From the NCBI GenBank assembly GCA_036004805.1, contig DASYRB010000026.1, positions 4,938-68,937 of the forward strand: a stretch of 64,000 nt of DNA. Direction: 5' to 3'. Source of the DNA: Candidatus Norongarragalinales archaeon. GTDB lineage: Archaea > Micrarchaeota > Micrarchaeia > Norongarragalinales > DASYRB01. The notes beneath the pieces were generated by a model that saw only the letters and a list, made by a program, of their open reading frames with translations, searched no databases and was not told the DNA's origin. The translations under genes and the position numbers were made by a program. Below, in pieces: positions 9,706-18,200 of the stretch. Every line of letters starts with the position of its first letter. The stretch's first letter is position 1.

Positions 9706-10370
9706 TGGATGTCGAATTTTTATTTGAGCGCCGCGATGTTTTAAACGGTGGGTTATCGCTCTTGCGCGTAGGAATCATCGGTACCGAACAATCCGGCAAA
9801 ACTACTCTAGCTTTTGCTTTTTCAAAACACTGCGAAAAGAAGGGATTCAGCGTCGCGGTTTGCAACATGGATCCATCACTGCGTACTTCCAAGTATCCGA
9901 TAGACTGGGACGTCCGCAAGATCATCAAGAGCAAGCACGCCGACGTCAAGACCTATGAAGCGATCGCGCAAGACAAGCAAACGCAGAAAGCGCTGGACTC
10001 GCTCAAGGCGCGTCTGGTTTTTCTCGAGTTCAAGGGCGGCCTCGACGACTTCCTCGTTGCAGACGCTGGCGTGGTGTTGAGGCGTTATTGCGACGCGTTG
10101 TTGTTCGTGATGGATTCTTCCTCGATCCGTGAAGGCAGGCACGATTTCGATGTTGCTGACGCGCTCGAACACTTGTCAAAAAGAACGGGGCTGCCGGTTG
10201 TCGGCGTGTTGAACAAGAACGACGTCGGCAGAAAGAAGCTCAAGGATGGTGGTCTTCACTCTTTCGAGAACGCGAGGTCCGGAAAAACAGACGGCGTGGT
10301 GTTGGTGAGCGCGCTGGAGCGTTACGGTTTCGAAGACTTGTTGAAAACGCTCAAGCCCGGATTTTTCTAA
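9705..10370 (+). CDS. P-loop NTPase, probably a small GTPase: G1 GTEQSGKTT and G4 NKND motifs. Uncharacterised family.
   Basis: Walker A IIGTEQSGKTTLA and LNKNDV motif. The annotated ATG shares a base with the divergent tpiA start, so the true start may be the internal TTG at about 9762 (LRVGIIG). Confidence 0.5.
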   Translation: MDVEFLFERRDVLNGGLSLLRVGIIGTEQSGKTTLAFAFSKHCEKKGFSVAVCNMDPSLRTSKYPIDWDVRKIIKSKHADVKTYEAIAQDKQTQKALDSLKARLVFLEFKGGLDDFLVADAGVVLRRYCDALLFVMDSSSIREGRHDFDVADALEHLSKRTGLPVVGVLNKNDVGRKKLKDGGLHSFENARSGKTDGVVLVSALERYGFEDLLKTLKPGFF

Positions 10371-10741
10371 CGTCTCTTTTTTGCGGATGTCACGGATTGC
10401 GTTGATCTTGCTGCACGCGCTGCGTGCGCGTGCCTCAATGCGACGCCTTTCATTCTGAAGTAGAACGCAAACACGAACGTGATCATGGCTGCGAACTTGA
10501 GCAGCACGCCGATGCTTTGTGCCGGAATGCCCGGATAGAGGCTGCTTAGCGCGATGAGCGCTTCGCTGAGCACGAAGAAAACTATTCCAAGATAGAACAA
10601 CAGCGACACTTTCCAGTTGCGCCTTTCCTGTCCTCTCTTGACCTGCTGGTAGAGCACGGTAATGTAGAACACGGCGTAGATGAGAACGATGATCGAAGTG
10701 ACGATGAGGAGGGCGCTTTCGAGTCCGGATAATTCAACCAT
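10367..10741 (-). CDS. Small integral membrane protein (3 predicted TM helices).
   Basis: Hydrophobic segments IVTSIIVLIYAVFYITVLY, LLFYLGIVFFVLSEALIALSSL and LLKFAAMITFVFAFYF. Basic C-tail. Confidence 0.5.
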   Translation of the reverse strand: MVELSGLESALLIVTSIIVLIYAVFYITVLYQQVKRGQERRNWKVSLLFYLGIVFFVLSEALIALSSLYPGIPAQSIGVLLKFAAMITFVFAFYFRMKGVALRHAHAARAARSTQSVTSAKKRR

Positions 10742-10774
10742 TTTGATTAAAAAGTATTGTTCGATTGGTCTTTT

Positions 10775-11863
10775 TTAATCGCGCTTTTCGGGAAACAACT
10801 CGAGAAGTGACTGTTCGCTCGCTTCACAAACGCCCCTTTCCGTGATGAGTCCGGTGATGAGTCTGGCGGGCGTGACGTCAAAACCGTGGTTTACCGCGGG
10901 CGATCCTTCCGGCGTGATACGGACTTTGCCGATCTTGCCGCCTTCACTAATGCCATGCACGAAAATCACTTCCGAAGGATCACGCTCTTCAATCGTGATT
11001 TCTCGGCCGCTTTTCATGCTCCAATCAATCGTCGAAGAAGGACAAGCCACGTAGAAAGGCACATTGTTGTCTTTCGCCGAGAGCGCCTTCAGATAAGTAC
11101 CGATCTTGTTCGCCACGTCTCCATTTCGTGTGACTCGATCGCAGCCAACAATCACCATGTCGACTTTGCCATGCTGCATCAAGTGTCCTCCAGAATTGTC
11201 GACAATGACATGGTGTGGTACGCGCGCTTGCAACAATTCCCAAGCCGTCAAAGAAGCGCCTTGGTTTCGCGGACGCGTCTCATCAACCCACACGTGAAGA
11301 GGAATCTTTTTTTCCTGCGCGAGATACATGGGCGCGGTTGCTGTTCCATAGTCGACGAATGCGAGCCAGCCAGCGTTGCAGTGCGTCAAGATGTTTACGG
11401 GCTGTCCTTGCTTGCGCGCAGCAATTTCTTCAATTATCGCGAGTCCGTGTTGTCCGATGCTTTTCGAAAACTCTGCGTCTTCGTCAGCAATCGCGTTCGC
11501 CTCTCTTACTGCGGCTTCTTTGGGCGATTTTGACTTCAGGGCGGTTTCGTAGACGCGTTTCGTGGCGTAAAACAAGTTCTGCGCAGTCGGTCGCGTGCGC
11601 TCGATGCGTCCTTTCGCTTCTGTAACGTACTCTTCAGAATTCTCGCCGGGATATTCCAGGAATGCTTGCGCCATTGCAAACGCGGCAGTTGCTCCTATCG
11701 CGCCAGCGCCGCGCACGATCATTTGCTTGATCGCGCTGCAAGTCTCGAGATGGTTCTTGCACTCGTGAATCTTGAACTCGAAAGGCAGCAGCGTTTGCTC
11801 AATCATGAACACGCTTTTGCCCTCCATCCAGACGGTTCGGTAGTGCTTGCCGTTAGCGATCAT
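10775..11863 (-). CDS. mtnA: eIF-2B alpha/beta/delta-family isomerase, most like methylthioribose-1-phosphate isomerase (MtnA-type).
   Basis: 362 aa. N-terminal MIEQTLLPFEF (compare MtnA IDQRLLP). VDETRPRNQGASLTAWEL (compare MtnA ADETRPxNQGARLTAFEL). GxGAIGA motif. Confidence 0.8.
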   Translation of the reverse strand: MIANGKHYRTVWMEGKSVFMIEQTLLPFEFKIHECKNHLETCSAIKQMIVRGAGAIGATAAFAMAQAFLEYPGENSEEYVTEAKGRIERTRPTAQNLFYATKRVYETALKSKSPKEAAVREANAIADEDAEFSKSIGQHGLAIIEEIAARKQGQPVNILTHCNAGWLAFVDYGTATAPMYLAQEKKIPLHVWVDETRPRNQGASLTAWELLQARVPHHVIVDNSGGHLMQHGKVDMVIVGCDRVTRNGDVANKIGTYLKALSAKDNNVPFYVACPSSTIDWSMKSGREITIEERDPSEVIFVHGISEGGKIGKVRITPEGSPAVNHGFDVTPARLITGLITERGVCEASEQSLLELFPEKRD

Positions 11864-11889
11864 TTGACCATCCTACTTTTTCAAGTTTT

Positions 11890-12117
11890 TTATCGCTTGT
11901 CGGAGTTGTACGTGCGAAGTGCTTTTTCTACAATGTCTTTCGTAAAGGGCGCTCCGCTCGCACCAATCATGCCCAGCGCTCGGACTGCTGCCCAGCGAAC
12001 TCCTGAGTCTTCATGTTCTAGTGCTTTCGCCGCGTTGGCAGGATTCCTGATCTTCGCCAAATGATTAATAACCATTTGCGGGTGCCCGCGTGTAAGGAAT
12101 TTTTCGAGTTTGCTCAT
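11890..12117 (-). CDS. HEAT-repeat (PBS-lyase-like) mini-protein of about 75 aa. Paralog of 48662..49027.
   Basis: Track ORF 11890..12306. Internal Met MSKLEKFLTRGHPQMVINHLAKIRNPANAAKALEHEDSGVRWAAVRALGMIGASGAP aligns with MSKIERFMKTAHPSVISKHLQKMRNPAFVRQVLE...DPEVRTIAGQAF of the paralog. Its ATG overlaps the TGA of the upstream micro-ORF (tcat at 12114-12117 verified). Confidence 0.6.
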   Translation of the reverse strand: MSKLEKFLTRGHPQMVINHLAKIRNPANAAKALEHEDSGVRWAAVRALGMIGASGAPFTKDIVEKALRTYNSDKR

Positions 12118-12254
12118 TTCGACTTTTTCCTGTGTTTGAAGAACTCGATTTGTCGCAATCGCTTCTTTGCCGCTTTGAGTGAAGTGTAGGTGCCGAACTT
12201 TCTGCCCGTGGTTTCGGACATGACGACGTATTTGCCCTTGATTTTCCTGATCAT
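12114..12254 (-). CDS. Candidate 46-aa basic micro-protein (MIRKIKGKYVVMSETTGRKFGTYTSLKAAKKRLRQIEFFKHRKKSK).
   Basis: The last 46 codons of track ORF 12114..12476 are bracketed by two ATGA overlaps: the start overlaps the stop of the FAD oxidoreductase gene (tcat at 12251-12254 verified) and the stop overlaps the start of the HEAT gene. The remainder of the track ORF is antisense shadow of the oxidoreductase gene. Confidence 0.4.
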   Translation of the reverse strand: MIRKIKGKYVVMSETTGRKFGTYTSLKAAKKRLRQIEFFKHRKKSK

Positions 12255-13444
12255 TTCGATTTGGTAATCTTGGTGCCGGTCCTTGAAAAATCGAATAGTC
12301 GCGCAAAATCGTTGGTTTTGCCGAGCGCGAGGTCGCTTATGATCATTCCGGCCATTGTTCCTTGCACCATTCCGTTGCCGTCGAAACCCATCGCCGTAAA
12401 CACCTTGCCCTTGTAGAGTGGGTGCGTGGCGATGAGGGGCAAGCCGTCGGGTGTTTCGAACTCGCTGCCGCTCCATGCGTTCGTCGTTTTGAACTTCTTG
12501 CCGAACGTGGTTTTGAGAAAGTTCTTGATCTCGCCGTGCGCTTCCGGCTTGCTCGGTTCTCGATCGCTTCCGATAATGATGGTTTTTTCGTCCAGCCTGC
12601 GGTAGTAATTGTAAGGATCGAGCATGTCGGAAAAAGTCGCGTCCGCGATGGGCGCTTTCTCGTCGAAGCGCGCCGCGATCGCGTAACCGATGCGTAGTGC
12701 CACTGCCGACTGCAGCTCCGCGAACGCGTCAATGGGCTTGCCGGTCGCGAGAATCGCTCTCTTCGCCGTCACGCTACCATCGTCTGTTTTCAGCGTGACG
12801 TCGTTGTTCACTTTCGCTTCGTTCACGCCCGACGATTCGAACACTTGGATGTTTTTGCCGGTCTTGGTCGCGAGGAGGCCGAATACGAACTTGCGGACGT
12901 TGAACCGTCCTTCTCCTTCGAACCTTATCGCTTCCTTGATCGGAGCAGCGGCTTGCCCGGCTTCTTTTCCCTTGATGAACTTGCTTTTCGTATCGACTTT
13001 CTGGAAAACTTGCCATTCTTTCGCGAGCTGTTCGTGGTTGTCGGAATACGAGCAAGTGAAGGATGGCGTTTCGGCAAAGTCGCAATCGATCTTTTCTTGA
13101 GTTATGGTGTTTTTGAGGAATTCCTGCGCTTTCGTGATTCCTGTTGAGAACTTTTGGCAGAAATCGAGGCCGTAGAGCTCCTGAAGCTGCGTCATGGGCG
13201 TGTCGATGAGTCGTGTGATGAACGCGGTCGTGTAGCCCGTGTCGCCGGTAGCTACGCCGTTCTTTTCTAGCAGCACGACTTTCGCGCCTTTCTTTGCGAG
13301 TGAATAGGCGGTCATTACGCCCGCGATTCCCCCGCCCACCACGCAATAATCAGTGTTTATTTTTCCGGAGAGTTTTGGGAAGCGCGGCTGGTCCGGAACG
13401 CTTTCTAGCCAGGGAGAGTCGTAACTGGGTTCCTGTTCAGCCAT
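12251..13444 (-). CDS. FAD-dependent oxidoreductase (DAO / glycine-oxidase-like family).
   Basis: 397 aa. Rossmann dinucleotide motif DYCVVGGGIAGVMTAYSLAKKGAKVVLLEK near the N-terminus. Typical size. Confidence 0.75.
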   Translation of the reverse strand: MAEQEPSYDSPWLESVPDQPRFPKLSGKINTDYCVVGGGIAGVMTAYSLAKKGAKVVLLEKNGVATGDTGYTTAFITRLIDTPMTQLQELYGLDFCQKFSTGITKAQEFLKNTITQEKIDCDFAETPSFTCSYSDNHEQLAKEWQVFQKVDTKSKFIKGKEAGQAAAPIKEAIRFEGEGRFNVRKFVFGLLATKTGKNIQVFESSGVNEAKVNNDVTLKTDDGSVTAKRAILATGKPIDAFAELQSAVALRIGYAIAARFDEKAPIADATFSDMLDPYNYYRRLDEKTIIIGSDREPSKPEAHGEIKNFLKTTFGKKFKTTNAWSGSEFETPDGLPLIATHPLYKGKVFTAMGFDGNGMVQGTMAGMIISDLALGKTNDFARLFDFSRTGTKITKSK

Positions 13445-13475
13445 TTTGGAATAAAGAGAGAAGTTGTGGGGGGTT

Positions 13476-13706
13476 TTATTCCATTCCGAGCTCTTTCAGC
13501 ACGTGGTGGTAGGTCTTGTACTTCTTCTTGAGCTCAAGAATGGCCTTCATGATCTTCACGTCAGTCGGCGAGATGCGGCATCCTTTGGGGCACTTTTGCG
13601 CGATGTCCTTTCCTTTCAAGGGCCACATGCCTTTGAAGTGTTTCGAAACGTGTTCGCCGAGCGGTTCGGCGCCTCGTTTTTTGTGAGTTGATAGTTTTTT
13701 CGCCAT
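13476..13706 (-). CDS. Small basic hypothetical protein (76 aa, Lys-rich, single CPKGC).
   Basis: Compact ORF between the oxidoreductase and speH. MAKKLSTHKKRGAEP... No identifiable domain. Confidence 0.4.
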   Translation of the reverse strand: MAKKLSTHKKRGAEPLGEHVSKHFKGMWPLKGKDIAQKCPKGCRISPTDVKIMKAILELKKKYKTYHHVLKELGME

Positions 13707-13716
13707 TTTTTAAAAT

Positions 13717-14124
13717 TCACCCGATTTTTTGCTTCGGTTTCAGCACCATCGCGCTTTGCATGGCCGGTAGCTTGCCTCGTGACAACTCGCGCACGTCATG
13801 CCTTGTGGGCTTCAGGAACTCGTTAAGCATTGGTATCGCTTTGTGCGGGTCTGCGTTGCCGCAAGTGAAGATGTCGACCGCTGCATAGCCGAACTCGGGC
13901 CACGTGTGAATACTCAAGTGGCTCTCGGAAAGAAGCACGAAGCCGGTGACGCCGTGTGGCGAGAACTTGTGCGTGCGTGCCGTGATGACGGTGAGGCCGG
14001 CGGCTCGCGATGCTGAAGTGATGTTTGAAAGAATTCCCTTCTCGTCGTCAAGCGCGGTGTAGGGACAGCCGAAAAACTCTACGATGAGGTGTTTTCCGAG
14101 TCCTCCCGTGTTAGCCAAACCCAT
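13717..14124 (-). CDS. speH: S-adenosylmethionine decarboxylase proenzyme, pyruvoyl-dependent archaeal/bacterial short type.
   Basis: Track ORF 13717..14241. Start moved to MGLANTGGLGKHLIVEFFGC. Hallmark self-cleavage/active-site motif LSESHLSIHTWPE. About 135 aa. Confidence 0.8.
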   Translation of the reverse strand: MGLANTGGLGKHLIVEFFGCPYTALDDEKGILSNITSASRAAGLTVITARTHKFSPHGVTGFVLLSESHLSIHTWPEFGYAAVDIFTCGNADPHKAIPMLNEFLKPTRHDVRELSRGKLPAMQSAMVLKPKQKIG

Positions 14125-14328
14125 CCTTGATTCAAGTTTCTCCGTGAAACGAACGCTACGATTTTTTTTTCTCTTTTCCAAAAAGAGAAAATTTTTCCCG
14201 AACAAGTGGAATAGTTTTTTGTTTAAAAAACTTTCTACCAAAAAATGCAGGGGCTAGAGGAAAAAATCATTGCACGATTTCGGGGCTCGGGTTGCGGTTT
14301 TTTTTTCGAAAAAAATTCCTTAAAGCGT

Positions 14329-15252
14329 TTACGGGCAGGGTCCGAAGTTGATGGAGGCGCTTTCTGATTCTTCGTTCTCTTGAGCAGTGTCCGTTTCTAC
14401 GATGTGTATGATGTTGGGCTTGTTCTGGATGCCGCAAGCGTCGTTGTTCTTTACGGTTTCAGTGAACGTGATCGTGGTAGTGCCGCTCACAGTGGCTTCT
14501 CCTACGTTATTGGCGGCGTCCCAGTGCAGGATTGATGCTGAAGGAGTGCAGGTCGCGCCGCTTGGGCATATCTGGTGGTCGGTTACTCTTGCAGAAGCAT
14601 CGGTCGTAACGGTCGTGGGTCTTTTTGGTACGGCGATGTTGACGCTGTCTTTGGCTTGTCTGACCGTACCGCGGCTGTCTTCATAGTTGACTTTCACGGT
14701 CGCGGTGAGTTTTTGTCCGGGCGTGACTGAAACGTCGATGGAGTCGCTGAAGCAGCGCGTCTCTTTGGGTTGCACGGTCTCGCCGGCAAAAACTTGCGTC
14801 CTGGTCGCTATCACTCTGTTCTTGCGGCGGTCCTCATCGCTGTCAATGTCGTCTTCTCTTTCACGCGTTCTGACAGTCGTTTCGGCGCTTATGAGAGTTA
14901 TCGGTTCTTTCCTGTGGTTCCTGAAGCAGAACTGTTCCTCGACCGCGCTGACTGTTGACGTGCTGACGATCCTGCGCGTGGCTTGAATGTTGTAATTCAA
15001 AATGCCGCTCTGTCCTTGCGGCACGTCGAGCGGGAAAGGCTGGCTGGAGTAACTGACGGTTTTCGTGATGTCCCAGTCGTAAATCGTCCTTTCTTCGTAA
15101 CGCATCACGGCGGTCTTGCGAACTGTCTTGGAGTCGTCCTCGAAACTTATCGCTTCCGTGAAAACCGCTAGCGCGCCCAACGCGAGCACGATCACTATGA
15201 GAATGATTAGTGGCTTGTGCTTTTCCAAGATGTTTCGGCTGCTCTTGCTCAT
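14329..15252 (-). CDS. Secreted/membrane-anchored hypothetical protein (307 aa).
   Basis: N-terminal signal-anchor KPLIILIVIVLALGALAVFTEA. No known domain. Confidence 0.5.
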   Translation of the reverse strand: MSKSSRNILEKHKPLIILIVIVLALGALAVFTEAISFEDDSKTVRKTAVMRYEERTIYDWDITKTVSYSSQPFPLDVPQGQSGILNYNIQATRRIVSTSTVSAVEEQFCFRNHRKEPITLISAETTVRTREREDDIDSDEDRRKNRVIATRTQVFAGETVQPKETRCFSDSIDVSVTPGQKLTATVKVNYEDSRGTVRQAKDSVNIAVPKRPTTVTTDASARVTDHQICPSGATCTPSASILHWDAANNVGEATVSGTTTITFTETVKNNDACGIQNKPNIIHIVETDTAQENEESESASINFGPCP

Positions 15253-15294
15253 TTATGTGAAGGGGCAAAAGAAAACGGGCTTTAATAACTTTCT

Positions 15295-18200
15295 TCACTG
15301 CGCCATCTTGACTTCGACGAGTTTGCTGCCTTCCTTGCTCATCGCCACTCCCACCAAGCAGTCGACGGCTCGGAAGAGCGTCTCGTTGTGCGTGACGACG
15401 ATGAACTGGCTGTCCTTGCTCAACTCGCGCAAGAGGTCGGCGAGTTTTTGGCTGTTTTCTTGGTCGAGCGCCGCGTCAGCCTCGTCGAGAATGTAAACGC
15501 TGGAGGGGTTGAAGCTCTGCATCGCGAAGAGGAACATCAAGGCGATGAGTGACTTTTCGCCTCCCGACATGAGTTCGAGGTATTTGACTTCCTTATTTTC
15601 GAGCTGTACCTCTATCGTGAGTCCGCCGTTGAAAGGATTTACTTTGTCCTCTAGGAAGAGAGAGCCGCGTCCTTTGAATATTTGAGAAAAGAGGCGCTGG
15701 AAGTTCGCGTTCACGTGGTCGAACGTCTGCATGAACGAGCCGATCTTCTTGCCCTCGATCTCAGTGATGAGAGTCAAGACAGCGGCTTTCTCGTTCTGGA
15801 GCTGCTTGACTCGTTCGATCTGTAGCGTGTATTCGGAGCGTTTGGTCTCGAACAGCTCGATCGCGCGCAAGTTGACTCCACCCAGCGCGTCAAGTTCCTG
15901 TTGCGATCGCTTGATTTCGGCATCGAGTTCTGGCTTGTCTTCCGCGGTCTTGTTGTGTATGGGTTCTACGTTTTGGAAGGCCATGAGTTCGGCCTTGAGG
16001 TTGGAGAGCTTGGTTTCGAGGATGGCTTTCTTGATTTGTTTGTCTTGCGAGCCGCGCTCCGTCTTTTCGCGCTCGAACTCCAACCTTCCTTTATCTTGAG
16101 CTGTTTTTTGGACTAGTTTTTCGAGGTTTTCGCGCTTCTCGATGAGGTCTTTTACGCGGCTCGAGAGTTGCTTTTGCTCTTCCGTTTTCTCTTTCAGCGC
16201 GCCTCGGGCTTTCTTGATGATGGCGTCATGTTCTTTGAACGCGTTCTGGACTTCCTGCCATTCGGACTCGATCGAGTCCTTGTCCTTCTTGAGGCCCTGT
16301 GCTTGCTTGTCGTAGACTGCTTTGCTTTTTTCGAGCGATTGTAACTGGTTGCTGTAATCAGAAATCTGGATTTTGAGGTCCATTATTTTGCGTTCTTTTT
16401 CTTTGACCGTGAGCCCAAAGTTTTTCTCTTTCTCGACGTCGATCGCTTCCTTGAGCTGCAACATGTCAATGTTCAATTCGGACAGTTTGCGAATGAGGTC
16501 GGATCGCGCTTCGTCGACTTGCGAGAGTTCTTTTTCGGCTTGTTTGACTTCTTTCTTCAGCGCGTCGGCCGCTGTCTTGATGTTAGCTTTTTTGGCTAGT
16601 TCGCGTTCTTGCGCGCCTCGCAGGTGTTCGATTTCTAGATCGAGGGTTTTGACTTTCAGTTCTGCCTCCGCGACGCTCTTGCGCACGGGCGTCATTTCTT
16701 CACGCAGCGAGCGCAGCTGCGTGATTATCGCTTCTTTTTCGGCTCTCGCGCTTTCGGCTTTTTTGTTAAACATTTCGAGGTCCGTTCTTTCCTTGAGCGC
16801 GTTGATTTTTTCTCTGAAGGTGCCGCCGACGAGCAGTCCGCCTGACTCTCCTAGTTCTCCCTCGAGAGTCACGAGACGTATTTTGCCGAGGATGGGTTTC
16901 GCGTGCGCGAGGTCCTTCACGACCAACGTGTTTCCGCAAGCCAGCCGGAATGCTTTCTCGTGCTTCGGCTCGAAATCCATCAGTTCATAGAGGAAGCCGA
17001 TCACGCCTTCGCGCTTCGCGATCTCTCTGTCGCCCGCGCTTATAGGTGGTGAATTTGCTTTGTCGAGTGGTACGAAGGAGACGCGTCCGAGTCTTTGTTT
17101 CTTGAGAAAATCAATGGCTTGCGATGCCGTGTCGGACGTTTCAACAACGACCCAATTGGTTCGCGCGCCCAGCGCTACTTGGACGGGCAGGCTGTATTTG
17201 GATTCGTAAGTGCCGAGTTGTGCTAGCGTGCCGTGCACGCCTTTGCTTTTCTTGCCCCATTCCAGCACGGCTTCGATGGGTCCGCCGCCTTCGAACTCTT
17301 TCGCGGTCCGCAGACGCGAACTGATCTCGGCAATTTTTTCTTTCGCGAGGAGGAGGAGGTCTTCGACGACGGGTATTTTTTCGTTCAGTTCTTTTTCCTC
17401 ACGGAACATTTCGTCGAGCTCGCGTTGCGCGGCCTTGATCGCTTTCTGTGCTTCGCCGCGTTGTTCTGTGGTTTCTTTTTCTTTCTTTTCGAAGTCTTCG
17501 AAAGCGCCTTGCAGGAGTCGTTGCAGCTCGTTCTCCTTGAGTTTCTTGACTTCTTGGTGTTGCACGGTCTGCGCTTGCAGCGCGTTGAGTTCTTCTTTCA
17601 GTTTTAGGATGTCGTTCTGTGCCGTTTCGTACTGCGCGCGTGCGTTGTAGAATTGGGCGCTGAACTGTTCGCTCTTCTTGAGCATCGCGTCGTAATCGCC
17701 CTGCGTCTCTCCAAGAATTTTGTTGAGTGATGCGAGCTCTTCGTTTACTTCGTGGATGCGTTGTTGTGCGCCCTTAACTTCGTCGAAGACGCGCGTGTAT
17801 TCGAGCGTTATTTCTTTGAGTCTCGAATCGCTTTTTTCGAGTTGTTGCTTGCGGTCCGCGATGAGTGCTTGTGATAGTGATATTTGCGCGTTGAGCTCGT
17901 CGATCTCGCGCTGCAATTCGACTTCGCGTCCTTGTCCGCGCGCGATGATTTCTTGGTTGACCGCGTCCTTTTCCTTCTGGAATGATTCGATTTTTGTTTC
18001 GAGGGCCTTGATGTCGTTCTGGATGTTTTGCGTCTTTTCGCTCGTATCCAGCAGTTCCTTGACGACGTTGTCGAACTCTTTCTCGATGTTTCGCGCGTCG
18101 ATGGATAAGAGGGTGACTTTGAGTTGGTCGACTCTTTGTTTGAGCGAGATGTGTTTTTCGGCGTCCTTTTTTTCTTGTTCGAGTTCCTTGAGGTAGCCTT

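Noticed and set aside
12255-12476. Upstream two-thirds of track ORF 12114..12476.
   Set aside because: Arg-rich frame fully overlapping the C-terminal coding region of the FAD oxidoreductase. Only the last 46 codons, bounded by ATGA overlaps, are considered a candidate gene.
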